Source of the DNA: Chrysemys picta bellii
Taxonomy: Eukaryota
Reading direction: 5' to 3'
Assembly (NCBI RefSeq): GCF_011386835.1
Contig: NC_088800.1
Span: forward strand, 81,406,001-81,470,000
DNA: 64,000 nt
Numbering within the stretch: position 1 is the first letter of the stretch; each line of letters begins with the position of its first letter. Both the position numbers and the translations under genes were made by a program. Below are positions 1 through 11,710 of this stretch, in pieces. A model generated the notes under the pieces. That model ran no database searches. It was not told the DNA's origin and saw only the letters and a list, made by a program, of their open reading frames with translations.

Positions 1-3000
1 TTTAGCACACAACAGGGGTGCTCTTTCATAGATACTAAGCAATCAAAACTCCAGATGGCTTAACTGACAAAGGACTCAATGCAAACTCTTTTGCCTAACA
101 TTCTTAACGCCATTCCGTTTTAATCTACAGTAACCACTATCTCATCAATGTATCTTCTACAGCTCCAAAAATAAACCCTTTAGACAGAAGTCAAGCAGGC
201 AACATTTTAGTCCACAAGGAACAAGTTAAACAGTTTGAGTTATGCGAATACAAGGGGAAAAGAACCTTTCTTCGGCTTTTCTAGATCAAAAATGATTGAA
301 AGTAGAGACTTGAGACTTCCCCTCTTGGATTGTTTTCACAGAGACTTAAAGGGCCAACTTTGAAATCATCACGATCAGTCTTTTTAAAATTACAAATGCT
401 GAAAACAAGTAATTTCGTACTTCCCCATTAAAAGTAGTATTTGGTTCTCAGAATGCAAGTAGGATGCTTCTGTTAAGAACGGGTGGACTTAAGGATGCAT
501 TTGTTAGCTTGGGGAAGCCAAAGTGGCCCAGAATTACTAAGTGCTGCAGGACTGCAACCCTTTGAGGTTTAAAGGAACCTTCAAGCTCTGCTGGCAAAGC
601 TGTTGAAGCTTGCAATTTCTGTAAGTCTAATCATGAGTTGTTGGATTTTTGGGGGGCGGGGAGGAGGAGAATGTCTTTTTCTTTAAAAAAAAAACCCATT
701 GGGAAAATAAATGAAGAAAGCTGTAATGAATGCAAGGTTAAAGTGGAGAAACAAGCATTCAAAAGTCAGCATTAAGGTCCCTTCTGCCATATTAACTCAG
801 CCATGCCATGAATATGAATTTTTTTTTATTCCCATTATTCTTGTCAAATGCAAAGTTCACTACACTTCTCTCAGCAGATGTATCCCATAAAAATACAAAG
901 GATGCAACATGGCTAAGTTAACAGAATTCTTCTGTCAACTTAGTTACTACCTCTCAGGGAGGCGGGTTACCCAAAGCAACAGGAGAGATAAGCATCTACA
1001 CTGAAACACTACAGTGCCACAGCTGTGTCGTCGTAGCATTTTAAGTGTAGACACAGCCTAGAAGTGTAACAAGTTTATAACAAGTTTATAACAATTATCT
1101 GCTCTCATTTTGCATGGCATCTTCTGACCTGAATTTGAACAGACTAGCTCTTGCCTGGCAGTCACTCTTTCCAGGCCAGAATGTCTGACTGCTAAATGGG
1201 AGAATTAGTCTGCCCATGCTTGCCATACAATAACCAGATTTACAAGCTCTTACCCAAAGCATACAACAGGTTTAACTGGAATGTGTACTTGTCCTCTCGG
1301 TCTCCTGACACTGCTTGTGACGAGTCAGCCTCCTCTTTGCATCTCGTGGCATAGTTTGGCAACGTTCATACGCTGAGCCCCCGGAGGGTTCCTGGGTTAC
1401 TCTGATTCCCAAGTTAGAGAAGCAATGGCAAATATGGTCCAGTGTGGATAGTCTGACCTCGGCATTGTCTTGATACAAATACACTTAATTAGTTTATGCA
1501 TTTATGCAACCCTTTATTTTTTGGGATACTTTATTACACTATTGACTATAGCATTTGATCGCTGCATTGCTCATCATACTGCTCCAGATTGTGCAGGACA
1601 GTTGTAATGTAGTGTTTTGTTTTTAAAAGAGGCTGATTGGTTGATTCCATTTTCATTTCACCTCCTGGAACAGCTTTAGGAGTATTTATAAATAAGAGAG
1701 TTGAAAGATTTGGAACCGTGGAGAAACAACTCGTTAAACTAAAGTAAACCATCTGCTCCTAAGGGAAAAGGGGTTCAGATATAGCTAGGCATTCAGGTTA
1801 TCGCTTTCTTGGGCACAAGGACCAGCCTCTTTCAAAAGAATCCTTTTCAAGGAAGAATAACTGAAATGAATAAACAGAATCATCAGGAATAAAGTAGATC
1901 TTCTGGCAGCATAGTATGTGACTAAAACACAGCAGACATGGCTGTTTAGAGAGGATTGGGTTTTTGCCCTCCCACATTAAACCAGTTTTTAAAATGCAGA
2001 GAAGTAACACTTCCTAAGATGTTTGCATGGATGCAAGCAGAAAGCGGTGTTTGAATGCTAGTGCTGCAGGACCTGTGCAGGTTCACAGCACCAGTCGTCA
2101 CAAAAATCCCTTTGATATTACACCAAACACTAGCCACCACAAACAGGCTCACCCTTGAGTACATTTCATAATACTTGGGGCTGCTATAAGAATCTTTTAT
2201 CCAATGAGTTCAAAGCACTTAAACATTTTAGCCTCTCATCAACAACATGTTGTAAAGATTCTGAAACCAAGGCACACAGAATTAAGTGACTAGCCCAAGG
2301 TCACCTACTAAGACTCTGGCAGAGCCAAGAATAGAAGGCAGAAGTGCTGGCCAGTCCAGCACCACCCAGCTAAACACAACACTGTCTCTCCAAATACTAA
2401 AAGTTTCTTTCCTCCCAGTAAGAGATCATTTTACAGAAGTATCACCAAGCACCATCTCAAATGCCTCATTCACCTTCAATGAAAGTTTTATTAAAGGCTG
2501 GTCCCAATTTAAGAATTCAAATTGTTCCAACATTCCTTTCATGAAAGTTGTCTTAATTCAGCATTCCACAAACATACGTAGAGAATGCAAGAAACAGTAC
2601 CGCAAGCAAATTGTTTCAAATAAAGAGACATCAATGGGAGGTTTAAAAACCAAAACCAAATATTGGGTGTCCATTAGTTTTTTAGCACACTTTTAAAGAT
2701 ATAGGACTTAAAGCAATATCAAACGGTGAGCTGCCCATCGTCAAATTGTAACCTGGTACATATAGGTTTATATTAGAAACAAATGGAATATACATTTAAG
2801 CATGTTATGCTGCAGCAGATAAAACGACATTATTCAAAAACACATAGTCTAATACTTTCATGAGCGGCAATCTGCTTTTGTGACTATATAAAAAAAAAAT
2901 CAATCCAGCTTTAGGAATCTGGTATTAAATGGTATTATAGTAATTATCCAGCTTCTCACATATATGTAGTTTCCCTAAGCTACCAGATTCATGACTCAGT

Positions 3001-5399
3001 ATTTATTTGCTCCTTTTAAAAGCAAGATATTCATTTTGCTAAGAGATTTTCTCTGCAACACAATACATCATCATGAAGTGAAAGCAGATCCAAGTAATCT
3101 TATAAAACTAAAAGCACTTTATCGTCAGACTGTTTTGCATGACTAGCATAATTCTGTATGAACACTGGGAGACTGGGTTTTGACCACAGTCCATGTTATT
3201 TTAGGTACCTATACAGAGAATAGCATCTCCATCCCATTCACAGTGGGCTGGCAAGTCGTGTATCTTTTTGATGTATTCAAGTACCATATATTGTGTCTAG
3301 AAGTCTGACACTAAATAGCTATTCCAATTTTGTAGTGGAGGACAATCCACCTTCAAAACAGTGCACAGTACATATGTATCTCTGTATAAAGTCCCGAGAC
3401 ATATGCTGGCTTTTTTTTTTTTTTTTGAGCGGGTGGAGTGGGGGGTTTACAACAGAAGTCATGAGAATGGAACACTTTGCTAGCAAAGCAGATAAACGTG
3501 CTCTTTAAAGCCTTGATTTTGTCCTTGGGAAAAGGCATTTTTCTGAAGAATGAATCTTACCAGGTTTACACCACAACAAAGCAAACATTTACTCTGAAAG
3601 GAAGAGACACTGCACATATGGACAATGAAACATGGGTTAATTTTCTCTAGATTTTTAGTTTTTGTTGTCCTTGTCCACCATAATACATTTTTCTAGACCT
3701 GCATTTGCTGTTAAAAATAAAAATAGCTCTTGAACAAATGTGTTTAAGTCTGTCATAAAACATGTTAGAGGATATTTCAAGGAAGCATCGAAATATTTCC
3801 CATGGGGAAAAAAAAGGAAAATAAAAGATGTTAAGAGCCAAGAAGCCTGCACCAATATTTCATTTTATGAAAAAAAGCTCTACAAACAGATTCTCTCTGC
3901 ACCATATTCATCATCACTTTAACTGCCTTGAAATAGAAACTGAGAGTGCTTTGATAAAAATCGATTGAAAGGTTGTCTGGTTTCACTGTTGCTTCAATAA
4001 AGTGCCTCTGTATCCTCTGCAGAAACACTGTTTTTGTAACTTCCTTAAACAATCCTATTTAGTAAATCACAACAGTTAGCACTTTGCCTCCTGCTGAAAA
4101 AAGGATTCCCAGGCAAGGGTCCAATCCCGCACTCCATCCTCAGGCAAAGGTCTTAGAATCAGTTGGTGTTTGACTAATAAATGCAGCAGGACAGCCATAA
4201 AGGTACTATAGTGCCAAACATTTGGAGTCCTGGTTATTAGAAAAACAACTTCCAAAATTATTCTGGGCATGGCGCAAGGTTTAGCTCCAGAAACTCCCTC
4301 CTCCATTTCTAGTACATTGTTGTCAGACTGCAAGTTTTAGGTAGTTGTAATTGTGCATTCAAGTTTTATCCTGGACCTGGGTTAGCAAGGCCTTTTGGTC
4401 ACAGCCAATCAGGCCTCCTAGGTCTCTGTTGACAAGGACTGATTGAAGCAGTTCTCATGATGGACCTCATTGTTCCCAAAGGTGGATACGCACATTCGCT
4501 ATTTGTTCTACCTGCGAGGAGCCCATTTCACAGATCACTGCTCATTGTCAGCCCTTTGCACTTGAGGAAATTAACAAAAATTCAACACAGCAAGATTTGA
4601 TTTGGATTTAAACGTTCCCCTGCAGTGTTTACAAAGATCTCACCAGTTCAGGAGATGTAGAAAATGGAACTGCAAGCAGAATGAAAAGCAAAAAATACAC
4701 AGGAAGCATGAACAAAAAGGTCAGCTGCACTTCAGATTCTTGTAATCCAATCAGTTTTAATAATCTAAGATGAGTTTAGCAACGCATGGAAAGGATATTT
4801 GTTTTAATAACCTTTAATCAAGCAGTGACCCTTTAAAGATGATTCTCTTGAGCAAGCAAAACTAAGCACGCAATTTAAAGAGAGGATGCCCAACCTAGAC
4901 GCACGGACTCTCGCTATTGGAAAATGTAGTATCATCTGGGGAGAGTGCTAGCTTCACCACTTGAGTACACACCTTTCTGTATTCTTCCTATTCTCAGGTC
5001 AGCAGTATTTCTAAACAATGTTTTGCATTCTCAGAATATAGATTTACCTGGAGTTCACCCTTCCACATAAAACTATTTCCCCCAATTTACTCTGTGAGCC
5101 TATCATAAAAATCTAGGTTTGCGTTCACTACCTAATATTAATCTGAACAGATGCGACAACGCAGCCATTCTGCACCATTGAGAGCCTCCACACATTTAGC
5201 CTAGCCCCTTCAGAAAAGCCTGGGTAAATAGACAAGCTTTACATTGTTCCATGAAAGTCAACACATTTAGGCTCTTTTAGTCCATGAGAAGATGTAAATT
5301 CCACAGGCGAACGCCTTTCACTACGAATATTCTGCCACCAGTACTAGATTTACAAATCTAGACACTATCAGCTCATTTGATTCAGCTGGTCTCAACTAC

Positions 5400-5700
5400 A
5401 GGAGTAGAATTTGAGGTGAGAGGCAGGGATATACAGAGCCGAAATCACAAAAGGGGATTATAGTTCTGAGTCCAACAATTTGAATTGCATCTGGAAAGCC
5501 AGTACAATCATGGAGCACAGCTGTAATGTTATGCTCCGTGCCAGAACCACAGTTAAGCATGTGAGGGGCCACATTCTGAACAAGCAAACTTTCCAGGTCA
5601 TCTTCAAGAGTAGCCCTGTGTAGAGTGCACTGCATTAATCCAATCAGAAGGATTGGATTGTAGAAAAGGTGTAGAAAACTGGTGAGGACCACATCTAGAA
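5400..5700 (-). mobile_element. Decayed L2/CR1-clade LINE ORF2 C-terminal fragment
   Basis: The minus strand from 5643 translates LD*CSALYTGLLLKMTWKV/(frameshift)LVQNVAPHML, resembling the LDYCNALY.GLP...KLQLVQNAAARLL motif. Confidence 0.65.
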
Positions 5701-6044
5701 GGGATGGTCGCAACCTCCTAGTCATCTGACAGCCTGGTGGGGACATTGTAATCTTCTATTTACCCATAAAACATGTATTGAGAAGCAGTATATTGTCTAT
5801 ATTAACCTCTCTGTACCTCAGTTTCCCCACCTATAAAATGGGGATAATGATACTTACCCACATTTGAGATGTACAGATGAAAAGCATTACAAAATGAATC
5901 AAGTACTATTTGTTTAAATAAATTCACACACAGCATCCAGGTGTATCCCAATAGCAGAGTGAGCTTCCCCACAACGCCCCACCAACACACCTCAGCCCTG
6001 CTCTGCAGGGACCATTTTTAGAGATGCAAAGATAGCTCAACCTT

Positions 6045-6280
6045 CACAGTCCATTTTCTTTATAGCCCATCTAATCCATAGCCTCTCTCCTTCCACTTCC
6101 ATTGTGCTTTTCAGTTAAAGGCAGCTGTGATGATTTCTGTGCAGTGGACACAGAAAGCAACTTGCCAAAAATCAGACGTAAATAACTTTCACACACCATG
6201 AACTGGGCTGGAATTTGATCGGCCAATTTAGATGTGAAAGATGCTATATATCCCCATTACTAAACCTCTGAGTCCAACAG
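6045..6280 (-). mobile_element. LF-SINE-like fragment
   Basis: The minus strand reads GTAATGGGGATATATAGCATCTTTCACATCTA..AAATTCCAGCCCAG..GAAAGTTATT..GTGTCCAC..GAGAGGCTATGGATTAGATGGGCTAT. Confidence 0.6.
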
Positions 6281-8488
6281 AATCCCATCCTAGTAATCCA
6301 AATAAATAATAGTATTTTCCTGATCATAACCATACTTCAAGCAACAGTTTATTGGAAAGGTCGCTCCAGCTTCAGAGGAAAGATGAAATGCCTTGTATTA
6401 GCTCCCCCCGCTCTTCAAAACCCCCTCTGAAATCTGCTTTTTCAAACCTGACATGTACCTGAAGACATTCTGTATGCTCCTAATTAAATTTTCATGTGAA
6501 CCACTGCTGCTTCCTGGCAGAGAAAACACACACTCCTCATGCTCTTACGGCCTTCCATCATTTTCTACAGTTCTCTAATATGGTAAGCATGAGGCCACGA
6601 CTGCAAACACCAACACAGTGTTCAACACAACTTGCTTAAATGGAACTACGAAATTATTTATGGGGGTTTATTTAAATCACCAATAGAAATAATACAACAA
6701 ACAAATAATTGTATCTCACAAGCTCATTCAAGCAGAACTGCAGAACCCTGGACAAACGCAGCGCTCTGTGAGAAAGTCTTGCTTTTGTTGTATTGTTACC
6801 TTGGAAAAACATGCCTGGCAATTATAAGACAGGCAGCAAAACTTTTCTTCCAGAACAAAATCTGCTGATGTCTTCCATCAAAAGAGGAGGAAAATTCTTA
6901 AAATACAACAGAATCTTACAGTATGTACACATCACTAAAGCTGCATAACTGACTTAAACATAGCTCACTCAAAGCTTTGCTGTCATAAGAGGCAGTCACT
7001 GTCTATTATTAATGCCAAGAGAACAAGGGGCAGGAAGGGGATGAAAGAACTAACATGAAGCTTTAAATGCCTTGAGCATGATTACAAGGAATAGATGGAG
7101 AAGCAGAAGAACAAGAAGGCTGGAACACAGATTTTATTATATAAAATTACTAAGACTTAAGAAGGCACCGTTACATCACTTACTGGTGTTAAATGAATCA
7201 GACAATAAATAGATCAGACACTATTCCTTTCTCTAACATTATTTCCTGTAGCTCCCTTACCCAAGCAGCTAAGCAGACAGCTGCCCGGGCAGATGCTTAT
7301 CAGGTGGATAAATGCAACAAAGCAAATCCACTTTAAGATAACATTTAACTTTCACCACCATTATTATATCCAGAAACAGTCAGCACTGCTTACCATAATC
7401 TAGAAGAAACAAACCTCCCCGAGATCGCTATTGACAGCTGGCTTGACAGCCAAAGTCAGAGTTCAGTCATCTTCAAAGCACAGTGCAAGACTTATCTGTT
7501 TGATCACATCTTTTGGTTCTAATAGGGAGTGCTGGAGTGGGAAGGTAAAGTATAGGAACTTTCTGGTTGTGTGGCCAGAACTGCCACTTTATAAAGGATT
7601 TTCATTTTTGTACTCACACAGTCTGCACAATCCCCAGGCAAGGTAGAGAAGTATTATCGGACACACAGAGTAGTTAAGGGTAAGGTTTTCCCTGAAGATC
7701 TGCACCTGGGTCTGAGCACCAGAGTTAGTCTAGCCCAGGGGTGAGCAGCCACACAGCAAAGCCTTACCCAGGTTATTGTACCCTAACTGGTGCTGCGCTC
7801 CTGTGTATGTCACTAGGACTTTGGGGTTATATTCCATGGCTCTTTGTGCTGCAGTAAGCTAAGCCGGTCTATAATTCTTTCCCAGTGAATTGTGGAAGAA
7901 TGTGTCTGTCCTACTGAGCACACAGGGGAATTGTGGGAAGGCTCTGGAGGACTATCAGCACTCAGTCTGTGTCCTCATTGCAAGGTGAGTGAGTTCACAG
8001 CCCGAGTGAAAGTAAAACCTAGGCTTTAAGCCAGACTCCAGCTAACCAGGGTTAAAAACATCAGTAAAACCTGTGTACACACCTGGGAGGAGGGTTGGGG
8101 CAACACATGAGGGGGGTGTCTCACATGAACACATACCCTGCATGACTTACTTGCCCAGGGTCAACAAAAAGAGAGAGAGAAAGCCAAGAGCAGGGACAGG
8201 ATTAAAACTTGGAACTTGTTGACTTCTAAGCCTGTGCTTATGCCTCCAAACTATGCAGCCTTCCCTGTAGATAAACATACAACCCCCAAAGCAGATATTC
8301 AAGGGAAAGAAGCAGCAGCCCAAATACAGGTTATTTGGGTCTAGGAAGGAATTGACTTCCTGGGACATCATAACACCAGTTGCTTAGAAACGCAGATTGA
8401 AGTGGGGCAAGATCCTTCAGGTGGGATTTCTGTTCCCCTTTGCAGAACCACTGCATCATGATGCTTTGACCCTGTTATACTCCTGCTT

Positions 8489-8489
8489 T

Positions 8490-8532
<43 letters not shown>
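8489..8532. repeat. Compound (TA)n(CA)n microsatellite
   Basis: Seen directly. Confidence 0.9.
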
Positions 8533-8537
8533 TACAC

Positions 8538-8602
8538 CTATCTCATAGAACTGGAAGGGACCTTGAAAGGTCATTGAGTCCAGTCCCCTGCCTTCACTAG
8601 CA
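8538..8602 (-). mobile_element. CR1/SINE 3' tail fragment
   Basis: CTCATAGAACTGGAAGGGACCTTGAAAGGTCATTGAGTCCAGTCCCCTGCCTTCACTAGCA is nearly identical to 62541-62601. Confidence 0.85.
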
Positions 8603-8989
8603 CAGGTGCGCTAGTACCTCGGCTGTCACCAGAAACCCCACAGGAGAAAGGGGATTTCAGCAGGATTTTGTTTGTGAAGTAGGGCACCCGTACCTTGCAA
8701 ACCAAGCCCTGGGGACCACCCTGGGAATCACGGACCACAGCAATGAACAGGCCATGAGCACCCCAGCACTCACCTCCACAGGGGCTCTGCAGCCCTACCT
8801 GGCCAGCGCCTCCCCACACAAACTCTCACCCTAAGGTGCCAGACCCTCAAGATCCCACCAGGGTTTGGGTCCCCCCTCACCCACGCTTTTCTGTGGCGGG
8901 ACTCCCGTCTCCACCTAACCCTACTGGAGTCCGTCCTCCCCCCACTGGCTGGGGTCCCGTTTATGCGGATCTGCCCCTCCCCAGCTCTG

Positions 8990-10110
8990 CTCCAGGCATG
9001 GCTCCTCCCCCGGCCCAGCTCTAGCCCCCTGAGCTCTGTCCTCTCCTTCCCCAACCCAGCTTGGCTCTGCTCCCTTTGCCTGCCACCCCAGGCTCTGCCC
9101 CCTCCTCCCCCACTCAGCCTGACTCGGCCTCCTCCTCCCCCACCCAGCTTGGCTCTACCCTCTCCTCCCCCACTCAGCCTGGTTCTGCCTCCTTTAGCCC
9201 CCACCCCGGGCTCTGCCCCCTTCTCCCCCACTCAGCCTGGCTCTGCCGCCTTTACCCCCCCCCCCCCCCCACGGGCTCTGCCCCCTTCTCCCCCACTCAG
9301 CCTGGCTCTGCCGCCTTTACCCCCGCCCCCGGGGCTCTGCCTCCTCCTCCCCCACTCAGCCTGGCTCTCCCCCCTTTACCCCCCCCCGGAGGCTCTACTC
9401 CCTCCTCCCCCACCCAGCCTGGCTCTACCTCCTTTACCCCTCGCGGGGGTCTGCCCCCTCCTCCCCCACACAGCTTGGCTCTACCCCCTTTACCCCCCCC
9501 GCGGGGGTCTGCCCCCTCCTCCCCCACCCAGCTTGGCTCTACCCCCTTTACCCCCCCCGCGGGGGTCTGCCCCCTCCTCCCCCACCCAGCTTGGCTCTGC
9601 CCCCTCCTCCCCCACCCAGCTTGGCTCTGCCGCCTTTACCCCCCCCGGGGGCTCTACTCCCTCCTCCCCCACTCAGCCTGGCTCTGCCTCCTTTACCCCC
9701 CCCCCGGGGGCTCTACTCCCTCCTCCCCCACTCAGCCTGGCTCTCCCCCCTTTACCCCCCCCGGGGGCTCTACTCCCTCCTCCCCCACTCAGCCTGGTTC
9801 TGCCCCCCTTACCTCCCCCCAGGGCTCTACCCCACTCGGCCTGGCTCTGCCCCTACTTACTCCCACGGCCCCCCCTCACCCTCCCCCAGGTTCTGCGCCC
9901 CCTTATTCCCCAGCTCCCCTCCCCCGGGCTCTACCGCCACCTCCCCCACCCAACCTGGCTCTGCCCCCACTTACCCCCCAGGCTCTGCGTCCCTTTATTC
10001 CCCCCGCCTCTGTCTCCTCTCCCCCGGCCCCCCTCGCCCCTCGGGCTCTGCCCCCTCCTGCCCCGGCCCCCCGGGCTCTCCGCCCGCCTCCCCAGGCCCG
10101 GCTGTGCCCC
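8990..10110. repeat. C-rich minisatellite at the 5' end of TOM1L2 intron 1
   Basis: Dozens of roughly 25-35 bp units starting GGCTCT/GGGTCT, alternating ...CCTCCTCCCCCACTCAGCCT and ...CCTTTACCCCCCC variants. Confidence 0.9.
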
Positions 10111-10123
10111 GGCCCCCCCTCAC

Positions 10124-10175
10124 CCAGGCTCTGCCCCACCGGGGTGCTGAACGGATTCCCCAGCAGAAACTCCAT
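10124..10175 (-). CDS. TOM1L2: TOM1-like protein 2, first coding exon only (52 nt); rest of gene lies left of the window
   Basis: ATG at 10175 gives MEFLLGNPFSTPVGQSL+G, then a GTGAG donor at 10123. This matches the VHS-domain N-terminus of TOM1L2. Positions 1-10123 are intron 1; no exon 2 was found. Confidence 0.93.
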
Positions 10176-10179
10176 CTTG

Positions 10180-10800
10180 GGATGACAACAAACAGCCGGC
10201 CCGGCCCGGCCTCCGCTCCAGCTGCGGCCTCCTCCTCGCCCTGACCGGCACCCTCACTGACCAACCAGGGACTTCGCCTCCGTCAACAGCCCGCCCACCG
10301 AACCCCCACTGGCCGGGACACCCGCCTCCCCCGACCGCATTGGGGGAGGACCATGCCAATCACCGTCAGTCCTGCCTCCCCGCCCCCTCCGCCAATCAGC
10401 GCCCCCGCCCCAGAGTTACATCCCCCCGCCACCACGTTGACTGACATAAGAGAGGCAGGAACCTCCTCTACCGATACCCGCCATTGGACAATCCTCCACT
10501 AAGCCTCCAATTCTATTGGGCAATGGCCACACCAGTCCGCTGAAGCTCCAGCCCTCCTATATCTAGAACCGGTTCTGATTGGCCGACACTGCTTCTTTGC
10601 GTTCTGATTGGTGTAAAAGCTTCAGCCCCGCTTTTCGAAGTCACCCCCGAACTGAGCTGCGATTGGCAGAGGCGGTCTGTCACGTGACGGGGAGAGCCTC
10701 TGAGGTCACCCTGCGCCTGAGATCACATGACTCTGCTTAGCAACCGCGCAGGCTTCCTTAGCAGCGAGCCCTAGTGCCTATGGTGTGGGACGAGCTGGCG
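10180..10800. promoter_or_regulatory. CpG-rich bidirectional promoter TOM1L2/DRC3
   Basis: Multiple CCAAT/ATTGG boxes at about 10390-10665, GC boxes, palindromic GTCACGTGAC at 10679-10688, and X-box-like CTCTGCTTAGCAAC at 10731-10744. Confidence 0.75.
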
Positions 10801-11710
10801 GGACCTCCGAGTGTCACTGGGGCCGGGTGTCTGGGGACCGCGTGGCCGCCTTCGTCAGCTTCTGCGCCCTCCACCTGCTGGACATCTTGGGCTCTGGCTG
10901 CCTGGCTCATCGCCTGGCCCCGCGGCTGGCGGGCTGAGCTTCTAGGGAGATAGCAGTGGCTGGCTGGGTGGGTAGATGGGCAGGCGGCTGGGGGTGGGGG
11001 GCAGCCTGAATGGGCAGGTGGCTGCGTGACAGGCTGGGCGGCCAGTGAGTGGATGGTTGCATGGCAGAATGGGTGGCAAGTGGGCAGGTGGCTGTGTGGC
11101 AGGCTAGTCTCACGCGTGTGTGTAAATTCCCCCCCCCCCCCCCCCAGTCTGAGTGATGCCAGAATTTGCAGCGTCAGATGGGCGTTTAAAGTTTAGAAAC
11201 CTGTTACTGGAAATTCTCACATGCACATTATACCATCTCTTGACTGGTGCATCTAGTCTTATTAGGAGGTGACATTCACCCCAGTGTGGAGGCCCAGCAT
11301 AGAGCCTGGTACATTCACCTCTCCACTAGGGTGAATTTCACCCATAGATCCTTGTAGGGGGATGGGCCCTCTTCTGCTCCTTTGGAAGGCTGTGGCAACT
11401 GCTCATTGATAGTTGTGGGAAGACTCATTGTGCCCAAAGCTGCAGTTCTTCTGCATGGAAATTTCTGCTTAAATTCGATGCAGGTTTTCTACATGGTATC
11501 AGGATCGGGCCCATGAGTTTGACAGTCTTCTGGCCCTGCGCTGGGTAGCTGTTTAGTAAAGTCTAAGTTGAGTGGTGCAGGATTGGGCTCTCTGAATAGC
11601 CCACTGTGCTATTGTTTCTTTGTATACTGCGTGCAGTTCAATGAACACATTGAAAAAGGTAACTGTGGGATACTGTTTGTTCTGCTCGTGAAGGCCTGTT
11701 TCGTGTGAAA

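Noticed and set aside
1-8900. Further TOM1L2 exons
   Set aside because: No minus-strand sequence encoding the expected EKATDGSLQSEDW... was found. The short ORFs here have no recognisable homology.
8990-10110. CRISPR-like array
   Set aside because: The units are contiguous variants of each other without unique spacers, in a vertebrate intron with no cas genes.
8963-10244. Long Pro-rich ORFs (395, 374, 217 aa)
   Set aside because: They are translations of a stop-poor C-rich minisatellite, antisense to TOM1L2 intron 1, with no splice or promoter support.
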